Both the position numbers and the translations under genes were made by a program. The notes under the pieces were generated by a model. The model was given only the letters and a program-made list of their open reading frames with translations. It was not told the DNA's origin and did no database searches. This document shows, in pieces, positions 16,941 to 26,509 of a stretch of 64,000 nucleotides of DNA. Position 1 is the first letter of the stretch. The number at the start of each line of letters is the position of its first letter. The stretch is from Lachnospiraceae bacterium (lineage in GTDB: Bacteria; Bacillota; Clostridia; Lachnospirales; Lachnospiraceae), in contig JALFLM010000028.1 of the NCBI GenBank assembly GCA_022774705.1, forward strand, positions 1,066-65,065. The letters are read 5' to 3'.

Positions 16941-17960
16941 TTAATTGAATCCGTATATTTTCTGTGCTGCCGCATATCCCCAGCTTGCAATCTTTCTGCC
17001 CCATCTGCCCGGCAGATTCATGGCGATTCCCAGCAGGCTGAAACGGATCCTGCGGTATGCTTTGGGATTGTGTTCTTTCAGATAAGCCCAGATCTCCACC
17101 TTTTTTTTCAGATTCTCCGGATCTCCCGAGCGGATTGCCAGAATCGAGCTGATGCAGGTGATGATGGTCAGGTAGCTGAGCATATAGCTTCTCAGTTTTC
17201 TGCTGTCGATCCGGTCATGGGTATAGCTGTCGATCATGATACGGTTCACCCTCAGCTGCTGGTCGATCCGCGAAATCATGACTTTTTCGTTGACGGACTG
17301 ATCTTCCCGGCCGATAAAATACCGGTAGAAATTCACATCCAGGTAATACATGGTCTTCACAGCGGCAAAAGGCTGAAAAGCAAAGATGTTGTCCACATAA
17401 AATGTATGCTTCGGAAGCTCCAGTCCGCAGTCCCGCAGCAGCTGTGTGCGGTACATAATGGAATGCATCAGAATGTACTTTCCGGGGGTGAAATGTCCGA
17501 TCTCGTCCCAGGTGAATACCCGGTCACGGGGAAGGACATGCCGGTAACGCATAACCATCTTATGTTCCGCATCAACTTTATCATATACAAAATTGGAGAG
17601 TACCATATCCACCGGATTCTCTCTGGTGGACATCTCCCTGAGAAGATCCAGAATCTTCCTGTAGGGGCCGGTGCTGACGTGATCGTCGCTGTCCACTACC
17701 TTGAAATACAGCCCGGTGGCATTGGCCAGTCCCGCATTGACTGCACCGCCGTGGCCTGCATTCTCCTGATGGATTGCCTTAACGATGGACGGATATTCTG
17801 CAGCATAACGATCTGCGATCTCTGCTGTGTTGTCCTTTGCCGATCCGTCATCAACGATCAGAATCTCCACTTCCTCCCCGCCCTTCAGCAGGGATTTGAT
17901 GCACTTATCCATGTAAGCCGCTGAATTGTAACAGGGAACTGCTATGGATAACAGTTTCAT
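16941..17960 (-). CDS. Family 2 glycosyltransferase
   Basis: LSIAVPCYNSAAYMDKCIKSLL, ILIVDDGS and the VDSDD (DxD) motif are present, with a C-terminal amphipathic/TM region. The ATG at 17960 has a GGAAGGTGA RBS; the track start is 17990. Confidence 0.85.
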   Translation of the reverse strand: MKLLSIAVPCYNSAAYMDKCIKSLLKGGEEVEILIVDDGSAKDNTAEIADRYAAEYPSIVKAIHQENAGHGGAVNAGLANATGLYFKVVDSDDHVSTGPYRKILDLLREMSTRENPVDMVLSNFVYDKVDAEHKMVMRYRHVLPRDRVFTWDEIGHFTPGKYILMHSIMYRTQLLRDCGLELPKHTFYVDNIFAFQPFAAVKTMYYLDVNFYRYFIGREDQSVNEKVMISRIDQQLRVNRIMIDSYTHDRIDSRKLRSYMLSYLTIITCISSILAIRSGDPENLKKKVEIWAYLKEHNPKAYRRIRFSLLGIAMNLPGRWGRKIASWGYAAAQKIYGFN

Positions 17961-18032
17961 ATTGTCACCTTCCATTTTGTTTTTTATCATGTAACTGTAT
18001 CTGTATCTGTTTCTGTATCTGTTTCTTTGATT

Positions 18033-18962
18033 CTAAAATGAAATATCTCCGATTGCTCCGAGTATATCTTCTTTCATGCGGATGGCTTCCGCCCTGGCAG
18101 CCTTTGCATAGTCATGTTCGTCAACGCCGGCTTTTTTATATGCACACATGATACCTCTGGAAGAATTGATCACCGCGCCGAGACCTCTTTTGTCAAATGC
18201 ATAGCTTACATCTTTTGCACCGCCGCCCTGTGCGCCGTAACCGGGTACCAGGAAGAAGGTGTGAGGCATCTTTGCACGCAGTTCTTCCAGCTGAGAAGGA
18301 TAGGTTGCACCTACAACGGCGCCCACTGCAGAGTAACCATATTTACCGGGAACCTCTTCGCCCCATTTTTCACACATCTCACCCATCACTTCGTAAACAG
18401 TCTTATCGCCAATCTTCTGATCCTGCAGCTCTCCGGAGGAAGGATTGGATGTCTTGACCAGAACGTAGATGCCCTTGTCATACTCCTTGCACAGCTTCAG
18501 CAGAGGCTTGATACCGTCGCTTCCCAGATAACCGTTGACTGTCAGACAGTCGCCGCCGAAAGCGGTTACCATCTGACCGTTGACAGCTGTTTTGCCGATA
18601 TGAGCATTGGCATAGGCTTCCATCGTTGTTCCGATATCATTGCGCTTGCCGTCGGTGATAACATACATACCTTTTTCATGAGCGTAGGCAATGGTCTGTG
18701 CCAGAGCACGGACCCCCTGCCAGCCATACATCTCGTAATACGCAGCCTGAGGCTTTACAGCAGGAACAATATCACATAATTCATCAATCAGCCCCTTATT
18801 GAACCGAAGCAGCGCGTTGGCAGCTGCTTCCAGCGGATCAGCGGATGCCGCAAATTCCGCTTTCAGAATATATTCGGGAACATAATCAAGCTTGGGATCA
18901 AGACCCGCCACCGTAGGGTTTTTCATCTGCACAATCTTTTCAATTAATAAATCCATTGACAT
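18033..18962 (-). CDS. pyrF: Orotidine 5'-phosphate decarboxylase, type 2
   Basis: 309-aa ORF. NPTVAGLDPKLDYVP, TDGKRNDIG and LVPGYGAQGG are typical of long-form PyrF. Confidence 0.9.
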   Translation of the reverse strand: MSMDLLIEKIVQMKNPTVAGLDPKLDYVPEYILKAEFAASADPLEAAANALLRFNKGLIDELCDIVPAVKPQAAYYEMYGWQGVRALAQTIAYAHEKGMYVITDGKRNDIGTTMEAYANAHIGKTAVNGQMVTAFGGDCLTVNGYLGSDGIKPLLKLCKEYDKGIYVLVKTSNPSSGELQDQKIGDKTVYEVMGEMCEKWGEEVPGKYGYSAVGAVVGATYPSQLEELRAKMPHTFFLVPGYGAQGGGAKDVSYAFDKRGLGAVINSSRGIMCAYKKAGVDEHDYAKAARAEAIRMKEDILGAIGDISF

Positions 18963-18996
18963 AAATTCAATTCCTTTCTTTCAGAACAGCAGCCGG

Positions 18997-19164
18997 CTAT
19001 TTCTTCCTGCGCGCTGCCTTTCTGCGTTTTTTCTGACTGGTATGAAATTCATTTCTCACGGCCAGCGTAATGGCCATAAAACAGAAAATCAGCTGCAGGG
19101 CTGCAGTAATGCGGACTTCCTGCTGCTGAATCATCATCTTCATCCTGTTCATCAGAGTCTCCAT
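18997..19164 (-). CDS. Small hypothetical membrane protein (tentative)
   Basis: Taken from the internal ATG with an AAAGGAG RBS: METLMNRMKMMIQQQEVRITAALQLIFCFMAITLAVRNEF...KKRRKAARRKK. One TM segment plus a basic tail. No family recognised. Confidence 0.3.
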   Translation of the reverse strand: METLMNRMKMMIQQQEVRITAALQLIFCFMAITLAVRNEFHTSQKKRRKAARRKK

Positions 19165-19261
19165 AACAGCTCCTTTTCCTGCGGAATCTTCTGCCTCCGC
19201 GCATACTCTATCAAAATCTGTCTGTATCATGGCACCAGACCCATCTGACGCCTTCCTATCT

Positions 19262-19290
19262 AATATATAGGTAAATCACAGATTTGTAAA
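19262..19290 (-). promoter_or_regulatory. Candidate sigma-A promoter for the small ORF/pyrF unit
   Basis: On the minus strand: TTTACA (19285-19290), a 17-nt spacer, then TATATT (19262-19267). Confidence 0.4.
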
Positions 19291-19316
19291 GAAAATTTTC
19301 CGACCAGAATCTGAAC

Positions 19317-19345
19317 AAAAAAACCTGCAGGCACTCTGCAGGTTT
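19317..19345 (-). terminator. Rho-independent terminator after the tRNA-Gln pair
   Basis: AAACCTGCAG (19321-19330) pairs with CTGCAGGTTT (19336-19345) around a 5-nt loop. A 7-nt U run follows on the minus strand. Confidence 0.65.
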
Positions 19346-19348
19346 CAG

Positions 19349-19420
19349 CAGGGGTACAAGGATTCGAACCTTGAGATGACGGAGTCAGAGTCCGGTGCCT
19401 TACCGTTTGGCGATACCCCT
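19349..19420 (-). tRNA. tRNA-Gln (anticodon CTG), copy 1
   Basis: The reverse complement AGGGGTATCGCCAAACGGTAAGGCACCGGACTCTGACTCCGTCATCTCAAGGTTCGAATCCTTGTACCCCTG folds as a cloverleaf. The acceptor stem is 7 bp, the T-loop is GGTTCGAATCC and the anticodon loop is CTCTGAC. No CCA is encoded. Confidence 0.9.
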
Positions 19421-19475
19421 AAAACATATATGAAATTGTATGACCGGAAACCCGGCAGGAACTCTGCGTTCCAAG

Positions 19476-19547
19476 CAGGGGTACAAGGATTCGAACCTTG
19501 AGATGACGGAGTCAGAGTCCGGTGCCTTACCGTTTGGCGATACCCCT
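19476..19547 (-). tRNA. tRNA-Gln (anticodon CTG), copy 2
   Basis: 72 nt, identical to copy 1, separated from it by 55 bp. Confidence 0.9.
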
Positions 19548-19587
19548 GTGTCGTTGTTAATCAGCCGCTCTCGCTGCCGACTCAGAT

Positions 19588-19616
19588 ACTATAGCACAGT
19601 TCAAAATAAATTGCAA
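19588..19616 (-). promoter_or_regulatory. Candidate sigma-A promoter of the tRNA-Gln operon
   Basis: On the minus strand: TTGCAA (19611-19616), a 17-nt spacer, then TATAGT (19588-19593), about 35-40 nt upstream of the first tRNA. Confidence 0.5.
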
Positions 19617-19771
19617 GCACTTTTTTCAATTTTTTTAATTATTCACACTTTTTTTCTGCAGATCAACATGCTGCTTTACGTTTATTATCCCTTGTGTTAA
19701 GATACAGGAGAATGCTGAAAAATATGGCATTTATCAGCGTATATTCTATTTTTTGGGGAGGTTTGTTTTTT

Positions 19772-20314
19772 ATGGGTAATGATTATCATGAGAGGGTTGA
19801 AAATCTGGTTGCGGAGTTTCCGATCTGCGAATATGTTCTGCTGGAGAGGGAGGAGCTTGTTTTTTCCGATAAGGTTCGTTTCATCTGTGAAAATGAATGT
19901 CCGCGCTACGGTCATTCCTGGGCGTGTCCGCCTGTAATCGGTACGATTCAGGAGTGCATGGAGCGCTGCCGGCATTTTTCCCACGTGCTTTTGTTCACTA
20001 CCGCGGCTGATGTGCCGGATATTGCTGATTTTCAGGGCTGCCTGAATGCCCGCCGGGACCATGAAGAAGTTTCCTGTGAGCTGACCGGGCGCATGCAGCA
20101 GGAGTTCGGTGATACACTGACGCTGACTACCGGCTGCATGAAGTGCGATACCTGTGCTTATCCCGATGGGCCCTGCCGCCATCCCGAACAGCGTTTTGCC
20201 ACCATTGAAAGCCACGGCATTCTGATCATGCAGACTGCTGCCAATGCCGGGCTCAGCTATAACTTTGACGGACATACGGTGATCTATTTTACATTGATTT
20301 TCTACAATGCCTGA
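19772..20314 (+). CDS. DUF2284-type Cys-rich metal-binding protein
   Basis: CENECPRYGHSWACPP plus the later Cys cluster CMKCDTCAYPDGPCRHP. The ATG at 19772 has a GGGGAGG RBS; the track start at 19694 has none. Confidence 0.7.
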   Translation: MGNDYHERVENLVAEFPICEYVLLEREELVFSDKVRFICENECPRYGHSWACPPVIGTIQECMERCRHFSHVLLFTTAADVPDIADFQGCLNARRDHEEVSCELTGRMQQEFGDTLTLTTGCMKCDTCAYPDGPCRHPEQRFATIESHGILIMQTAANAGLSYNFDGHTVIYFTLIFYNA

Positions 20315-20372
20315 TTCCGGTGCATGGTTTTCAGTCTATCCTGCATACGAAATGCATTGGGGGAGGGGAGCA

Positions 20373-22901
20373 TCAGTCTTCCTCTCCCCAGAAATCTTTC
20401 ACAGTATTTCCAATCGTATTGATATTCACTTCCTGATAATTATCCCAGTCCATGGGAAACAGTTTCACATGATTTTCCAGCAGCATGCGGTTGTCCAGCA
20501 GAACCACCACACCTCTGTCTTCTGCTGTTCGGATCACTCTTCCCGCAGCCTGAAAGACTTTATTGATTCCGGGAAAACGATAGGCATAATCGTAGCCCTG
20601 CCGTCCCTTTTTCTCAAAATAATCCTTCAGCAATTCTCCTTCCGTACTGATCTGTGCCAGTCCTGTACCCACCACCACAGCACCGATCAGCTGCTTCCCG
20701 GTCAGATCGATTCCTTCCGAAAAGATTCCGCCGATCACACAGAAGCCCACCAGAGAACAGTTCCCGGCAGTTTCACTTTGTTCCGGCCGGCTCTCCGGTT
20801 CCGGGCCCCTCCTTTCTGTCCGGGCAAATTCCTTCAGAAATGCGTCCCGGTCATTTTCCGACATACCCTGTTCCTGTCTGATCAGGCGGAAAGGTGGATT
20901 TTCCCCGTACCGTTCTTCAAAAATGGATACTACTTCCATCATATATTGATAGGAAGGGAAAAATACCATGTAATTGCCGGCCCGGCAGGCGGTCACCTGA
21001 ATGATATAGTCCAGCACTCTCCCATACTGCACCGGATTGCGCATGGTGTAGCGGCTGCTCACATCCTCCGATACCGCCAGCAGGCGGCGTGAGTTGTCAA
21101 AGGGTGAATCCACATAGATGGCATATGCCTTCTCTTCCGTGGTCAGCAGTTCCCGGTAATAATGCATGGGCAGCATGGTGGCGGAGAAAAATACGGTGCT
21201 GATCCCCCGCTGGATGCAGTTGTGCACATTTACTGCCGGATTGGCACAGAGAAGCTTCACCTGAAACCGACCGCCCTCCACGCTGCAGTAAGGGACATAG
21301 CTGTCATCCAGGATTTCACACATGGCATTGAAATGACGCAGTTCAAAAAAGAAGTTCAGCAGCTCCTCATCGGCCTGATTTCCCGTTTCCTCCAGAAAAC
21401 TGCTGATACATTCCTGCGCCCGCAGAGAGTACTCATACAGATTGCTGATTCCTTCCAGCACCATCACCTGATCTGTTTCCTTTTTCAGGGACAGCAGCTG
21501 TTTATTGAGGCTTTTCAGCGCACGGGAAGATCTGGCGGCTGCGCGGACAGCCTCCGGCGTATCCATCAGGGGAATATCGGCAATTTCCTTCATCAGTTTT
21601 CCGGCCTTCAGAACCTCTTCCTTCACCAGAACCGCAGAAAACATCTCTCTGGCCCGGTCAGGCAGATTATGGGCCTCATCCACCAGAAAAATGTAATTTC
21701 CCTGGATATTTTCCCCGAAAAAACGGCGCAGATATACATTGGGATCGAATACATAATTGTAATCGCAGATGATTCCCCGGGACCAGAGTGTCAGATCCAG
21801 ATTGAATTCGAAGGGACACACCTGATAACGCTCTGCATATTCCGATACATTTTCCCGGTTCAGGCATTCCTCATGAATCAGCATATCGTAAAGTGCCTCA
21901 TTGACCCGGTCAAAATGCCCTTTCGCCCGGGAACAGCTCTCCGGATTGCAGATACAGACCTCCATGGGGCAGATTTTTTCCTTCGCGGTGATGGTGACGG
22001 AATGGATTTTCAGCCCCCGGCGTCTCAGGATGTCAAATGCCTCCCGGGCCACGGTACGCGTGATGGTTTTGGCCGTCAGGTAAAATACCCGCTCCCCCAT
22101 TCCTTCTCCCATAGCTTTCAGCGCCGGGAAAAGCACGGACATGGTCTTTCCGATTCCGGTGGGCGCCTGGATAAACAGCTCCGCTTTCTGCTCAATGCTG
22201 CGGTACACGGATACCGCCAGTTTGCGCTGCCCGGGCCGGTAGGAAAAAGGAAACTCCATACCCCGGAGGCTTTCTATCAGGTTCTTTTTCATGGACTGCT
22301 CCAGCCTTGCCCACCGCTCGTACTGCCCCATCAGCTCCTCAAACCATTTTCTCAGTTCAGGAAACGTAAAGCAATCATAAAAACGGCGGATTTCCTCTGT
22401 TTCCAGATGGCTGTAGGTCATCTGAACCCCCATGCTGCTTTGGTGATTCTGCAGTGCATAGATATAGGCATAGCACATGGCCTGAGCCTTATGGACCGGT
22501 ACCGGCTCCTTCATTTTCCTCGGATCCCGGTAAATCCCCTTGATCTCATCGATCACATACAGGGTATCAGACTGAAAAAACACCGCCTCTTCCGAATCCA
22601 TCTCATCCCGGTGGGGGACTTTTTTCAGAAAATGCGATGTTTTTTCACTGAAAATGCCGTCTGCACGCCCCTCAATGCGGATTCGGAAATGTTCCATCTC
22701 CACTTCCTGCTTTAAACTTACTTCACTTTCATAGGTGCTGCCCATCTGCCGCTGGATCTTCCGGTGCAGCCGGCTGCCGGCCTCCATGGCCTGCTTCTCC
22801 TTCGCACCGGTCCTGCGGTTATCGATGTCGCCGCTCCTGAAGATGAATTCCACCAGATTCCGCACGGAAATCCGTATCGTATCAGAGCTTTGCATTGTCA
22901 T
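20373..22901 (-). CDS. XPD/DinG (Rad3)-family ATP-dependent DNA helicase with an N-terminal PD-(D/E)xK-like nuclease domain
   Basis: 842-aa ORF. Walker A is QAPTGIGKT and the DEAH box is VDEAHNL. The Cys cluster CPMEVCICNPESCSRAKGH...VCPF looks like an FeS domain. The C-terminal motif is GRVIRTAEDRGVVVLLDNR. The N-terminal ~190 aa carry EGRADGI / VIDEIKG / HKAQAMCYAYI motifs. Confidence 0.85.
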   Translation of the reverse strand: MTMQSSDTIRISVRNLVEFIFRSGDIDNRRTGAKEKQAMEAGSRLHRKIQRQMGSTYESEVSLKQEVEMEHFRIRIEGRADGIFSEKTSHFLKKVPHRDEMDSEEAVFFQSDTLYVIDEIKGIYRDPRKMKEPVPVHKAQAMCYAYIYALQNHQSSMGVQMTYSHLETEEIRRFYDCFTFPELRKWFEELMGQYERWARLEQSMKKNLIESLRGMEFPFSYRPGQRKLAVSVYRSIEQKAELFIQAPTGIGKTMSVLFPALKAMGEGMGERVFYLTAKTITRTVAREAFDILRRRGLKIHSVTITAKEKICPMEVCICNPESCSRAKGHFDRVNEALYDMLIHEECLNRENVSEYAERYQVCPFEFNLDLTLWSRGIICDYNYVFDPNVYLRRFFGENIQGNYIFLVDEAHNLPDRAREMFSAVLVKEEVLKAGKLMKEIADIPLMDTPEAVRAAARSSRALKSLNKQLLSLKKETDQVMVLEGISNLYEYSLRAQECISSFLEETGNQADEELLNFFFELRHFNAMCEILDDSYVPYCSVEGGRFQVKLLCANPAVNVHNCIQRGISTVFFSATMLPMHYYRELLTTEEKAYAIYVDSPFDNSRRLLAVSEDVSSRYTMRNPVQYGRVLDYIIQVTACRAGNYMVFFPSYQYMMEVVSIFEERYGENPPFRLIRQEQGMSENDRDAFLKEFARTERRGPEPESRPEQSETAGNCSLVGFCVIGGIFSEGIDLTGKQLIGAVVVGTGLAQISTEGELLKDYFEKKGRQGYDYAYRFPGINKVFQAAGRVIRTAEDRGVVVLLDNRMLLENHVKLFPMDWDNYQEVNINTIGNTVKDFWGEED

Positions 22902-22922
22902 TGTTCAGTATCCTGTGCTTCC

Positions 22923-23903
22923 TTATCCTATGATGCCTTTATCCATGCAGGCGGCGATTTCTTCTGCAAAATAGGTCAGCAGAATATCACTGCCGGCGCG
23001 GTACATACTGATGGCTGTCTCACTGATAATTTTCTCCTCATCCACGTATCCCAGCTTTGCCGCTGCCTTGATCATGGAATATTCTCCGCTGACGCTGTAG
23101 GCTGCGACGGGTATATCTGTCATATCTTTTACTTCACGGATGATATCAAGATAGGAAAGGGCCGGTTTTACCATGATAATATCGGCTCCTTCATCCACGT
23201 CAAGCATGGCTTCCTTCAATGCTTCTCTGCGGTTGTGAAAATCCATCTGGTACGATTTACGGTCTCCGAATGCAGGTGCTGATCCGGCCGCATCACGGAA
23301 GGGGCCGTAAAATGCGGAAGCGTATTTTACAGCGTAGGACATGATCGGTGTTTCCTGATATCCGCTGCCGTCCAGTGCCTCACGGATGGCCAGTACACGT
23401 CCGTCCATCATATCGGAGGGAGCCACCATGTCAGCCCCGGCTGCCACATGGGATACAGCTGTACGCGCCAGCAGATCCAGTGTTTTATCATTATCCACAT
23501 AATGATCCGGTGTCAGAAGGCCGCAGTGACCGTGATCCGTATATTCACACATGCACACATCGGTGATCAGATACATGTCGGGATACTGTTTTCTTGCTTC
23601 ACGAAGCGCCTTCTGTACAATACCGTTTTCATCGTATGCCTGGCTGCCGCAGCAGTCCTTGTGCGCCGGCAGACCAAAGAACATGACTGCATTCACCCCG
23701 GCCTTCTGAAGTTCCTCCAGTTTCCGTCCCATGGTATCCACACTGTAGCGGAACTGGCCGGGCATTGTATCGATTTCTTCCACAATCCCCTGGCCGTCTT
23801 TCACAAACATGGGATAAATTAAAGAAGATTTGTCCACTCTCGTCTCTCTGACCATACGGCGCAGAGTATCACTTTTTCTCAATCTCCTGGGTCTTATTAA
23901 CAT
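22923..23903 (-). CDS. hemB: Porphobilinogen synthase (delta-aminolevulinate dehydratase)
   Basis: 326-aa ORF. RPRRLRKS..LRRMVRET, the CMCEYTDHGHCG zinc site, VAPSDMMDGRV and MVKPA are present. Confidence 0.95.
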   Translation of the reverse strand: MLIRPRRLRKSDTLRRMVRETRVDKSSLIYPMFVKDGQGIVEEIDTMPGQFRYSVDTMGRKLEELQKAGVNAVMFFGLPAHKDCCGSQAYDENGIVQKALREARKQYPDMYLITDVCMCEYTDHGHCGLLTPDHYVDNDKTLDLLARTAVSHVAAGADMVAPSDMMDGRVLAIREALDGSGYQETPIMSYAVKYASAFYGPFRDAAGSAPAFGDRKSYQMDFHNRREALKEAMLDVDEGADIIMVKPALSYLDIIREVKDMTDIPVAAYSVSGEYSMIKAAAKLGYVDEEKIISETAISMYRAGSDILLTYFAEEIAACMDKGIIG

Positions 23904-23934
23904 TTCAATTACCTCTTTTCAAACATTTTTTAAC

Positions 23935-25467
23935 TTACCGCTGTTTCTTTTTCTCTGCAAACAGTTCTTCTGTAAGCTGTGCCACCGATGCGATGGATGC
24001 CACTTTGGAAATGTGCGTTTTCATTCCAAGCCGGGCTGCTTCTGCTGCCGTCTGCTTTCCGATGCATACGGCTTCCACCATACTGTAATCAAGGCCGGGT
24101 GTTGCTGCTTCAAAACCGCGGACGGTGGAGGCACTTGTAAATATTGCGTAATCCATATTGCCTGAAGCAAATTCTTTTTTCTCGTCGATCAGGTGTGATT
24201 TCACCAGAACCGTTTCGTAAGTAGGAATATCATCGATCTCCAGATTACCTGCTTTTTCCAGTTCACTGATCAGTTCCTGACTTCCGATTTTTGCTCTGGG
24301 AATCAGAATCCGTTCACCGCCCCGGCATACACCGGCCAGTTCCCGTCCCAGCGATTCTCCGTCATAAACAGAGGGGATCAGATCTACAAACATGCCGTGG
24401 TTTTCCACTTCTGCTTTCGTTCCTTTGCCGATGACTGCAATTTTAACACCCGCCATCCTGCGCACATCAATTCCCACCTTTTTCAGCGCCTCAAAGAAAA
24501 TCCTCACACCGATCTGGCTGGTGAAAACAAGCCACTGATATTTTTCGATGGATGCCACAGCTTCCTCCAGCTGCGGGTTGTCGGCAATGGCCTCTGTCTG
24601 AATAGCAGGAAGTTCCACCACTTCCGCGCCTTTTTCCCGCAGCTGATCCGCCATGCGGGAAGCCAGCTCTTTGGGCCGTGTCACCAGTACGCGGCAGCCC
24701 TGCAGAGGCAGTTTTTCATACCAGGCAAACTGCTCTGCTGCGGTACAGACTTTTCCCACAATAATAATGGCCGGTGTTTCGATCTTAGCTGCATCGGATG
24801 CTGCTTTCAGTGTACCCACTGTGGCAACGACCCGCTTCTGTCTTGCAGAGGTTCCCTTCTGGAGAACGGCGGCCGGCATATCGGGAGACATCCCCGCCTG
24901 CATCAGATGATTGCAGATGTCTTCCATGGCTGTAATTCCCATAAGGAATACCAGCGTTCCTTTCGTGCGTACCAGTGCTTCAAAATCAATATTGTAGTCA
25001 TTGCCCTTTTTTTTATGTCCGGTGATAATATGCAGAGAAGAACAGAAATCACGATGAGTAACCGGAATTCCGTTATATGCCGGTACGGAAATGGCTGAAG
25101 TCACTCCCGGTACGATTTCAAAGGGTATCCCGTGCTCAGAAAGAAGCTCCAGCTCTTCTCCTCCCCGTCCAAAAAGGAACGGATCCCCTCCTTTCAGACG
25201 GACAACCCGTTTTCCTTCCAGTGCTTTATCCAGCAGTACCTGATTGATCAGCTCCTGCTTCATGGTATGATGCCCGGCGCGTTTTCCCACGTCCACCAGT
25301 TCCGCATCCTTCGGTACCATGGCAAGGACGCCGTGACCCACCAGCGCGTCGTATACAACCACTTCTGCCTGTTCCAGCACCTGTTTTCCTTTTAATGTAA
25401 ATAACCCCACATCCGAAGGACCGGCTCCAACCAGCCAGACCTTTCCTTTATTCCTGTTCATATTCAT
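23935..25467 (-). CDS. cobA: Bifunctional uroporphyrinogen-III C-methyltransferase / uroporphyrinogen-III synthase
   Basis: 510-aa ORF. The N-terminal half is SUMT-like ([33 protein letters not shown]). The C-terminal half is HemD-like. ATGA overlap with hemC. Confidence 0.9.
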   Translation of the reverse strand: MNMNRNKGKVWLVGAGPSDVGLFTLKGKQVLEQAEVVVYDALVGHGVLAMVPKDAELVDVGKRAGHHTMKQELINQVLLDKALEGKRVVRLKGGDPFLFGRGGEELELLSEHGIPFEIVPGVTSAISVPAYNGIPVTHRDFCSSLHIITGHKKKGNDYNIDFEALVRTKGTLVFLMGITAMEDICNHLMQAGMSPDMPAAVLQKGTSARQKRVVATVGTLKAASDAAKIETPAIIIVGKVCTAAEQFAWYEKLPLQGCRVLVTRPKELASRMADQLREKGAEVVELPAIQTEAIADNPQLEEAVASIEKYQWLVFTSQIGVRIFFEALKKVGIDVRRMAGVKIAVIGKGTKAEVENHGMFVDLIPSVYDGESLGRELAGVCRGGERILIPRAKIGSQELISELEKAGNLEIDDIPTYETVLVKSHLIDEKKEFASGNMDYAIFTSASTVRGFEAATPGLDYSMVEAVCIGKQTAAEAARLGMKTHISKVASIASVAQLTEELFAEKKKQR

Positions 25468-26375
25468 GTATTCCTTTCTGATTTTTCCAGCTGATACTGT
25501 CCGCGAAGCTGTGCTGCCAGTTCTCTGCCCAGCGCTGCAGCACTTTCTTTATCTGCCTTTCCGCTCCTGCTTCCAATCAGATGGCCGCCATCCTGTTCAT
25601 CATAATACAGTCCTTTCAGGTAGATGGTACCCTTTTCGATCCGCGCATGAGCGGCCACCGGTGACGTACATCCTCCGTTCAATTCTGTTACAAAAGCACG
25701 TTCTGCCAGAGCAGCCATCTCTCCTTCCAGGTCATTAAATCCTTCCAGAAAGTCATATTCCATGTCCGCACGCCCCTGAACAGCCAGAATCCCCTGGCCG
25801 GCTGCCGGAATCATCTCTTCCGTATCAAAATATCTGCTGATCCGTTCCTCGAGGCCAAGGCGTTTAATACCCGCCGCAGCCAGAATGAGCGCTGAATACT
25901 GCCCTCTGTCCAGCTTGGACAGGCGCGTGATTACATTGCCCCGGACATTTTTGAATTCCGCCTGGGGATACAGCTTTTTAAACTGCAGCATCCGCCTGAG
26001 GCTGGAGCAGCCCACCGGCAGGGAAAAGTCGATTTCGGTCCTGCCCTGAGGGAGGACCAGTACATCTCTTGGATCTTCTCTCCGGGAAAATGCAATCAGC
26101 GGAAGATTGTCGGGAACCACCATCGGCATGTCTTTCAGACTGTGCACCGACATACAGGTCCGCCCCTCAATCAGCGCTTTATCCAGTTCTTTTACAAACA
26201 GGCCTTTTCCTCCCACTTTGTCAAGACTCCGGTCAAGAATGATATCCCCCGTAGTTTTCATGGTCAGCAGTCTTGCTTCCACATCCTCATTATGACTGTT
26301 GATATATTCCCGAACCATTTCAGACTGAACAACCGCCAGTTTACTCTCGCGGCTGCCAATATTCACAATTTTCAT
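25464..26375 (-). CDS. hemC: Hydroxymethylbilane synthase (porphobilinogen deaminase)
   Basis: 303-aa ORF. GSRESKLAVVQS, TTGD, GGKGLFVKELD and the C-terminal GGCTSPVAAHA (cofactor Cys) are present. Confidence 0.95.
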   Translation of the reverse strand: MKIVNIGSRESKLAVVQSEMVREYINSHNEDVEARLLTMKTTGDIILDRSLDKVGGKGLFVKELDKALIEGRTCMSVHSLKDMPMVVPDNLPLIAFSRREDPRDVLVLPQGRTEIDFSLPVGCSSLRRMLQFKKLYPQAEFKNVRGNVITRLSKLDRGQYSALILAAAGIKRLGLEERISRYFDTEEMIPAAGQGILAVQGRADMEYDFLEGFNDLEGEMAALAERAFVTELNGGCTSPVAAHARIEKGTIYLKGLYYDEQDGGHLIGSRSGKADKESAAALGRELAAQLRGQYQLEKSERNT

Positions 26376-26450
26376 CCATATTTCCTCGTTCCATTATTCC
26401 TAAAATGCATAATATATTTTAACATAGAAACCTTTTCTGTCAAATAGATT

Positions 26451-26479
26451 TTGACACTCCTGCAAAAGAATGCTACAAT
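26451..26479 (+). promoter_or_regulatory. Near-consensus sigma-A promoter of cbiK
   Basis: TTGACA (26451-26456), a 17-nt spacer, then TACAAT (26474-26479). An AGGAGG RBS follows at about 26496. Confidence 0.6.
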
Positions 26480-26509
26480 TTTAATAATTCGATTCAGGAG
26501 GATTTACCA

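Noticed and set aside
16801-17004. 68-aa N-terminal extension of the hisA-like ORF in the track
   Set aside because: The extension overlaps the 3' end of the GT2 gene and has no RBS. The internal ATG at 16800 has a strong RBS and matches the usual HisA N-terminus (MRFRPCIDIH).
19231-19700. tRNA pair as an integration hotspot or remnant of a mobile element
   Set aside because: There is no integrase, no partial tRNA duplicate acting as an att site (both copies are full length and identical), and no compositional shift in flanking genes.
21162-22715. 517-aa plus-strand ORF
   Set aside because: It is antisense to the XPD/DinG-like helicase. It has no motifs or RBS, and the helicase frame carries all conserved motifs.
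26376-26509. Cobalamin riboswitch upstream of cbiK
   Set aside because: The gap is only 134 bp and a near-consensus promoter lies about 30 nt from the RBS, leaving a leader of about 25 nt. I saw no B12-box-like sequence.
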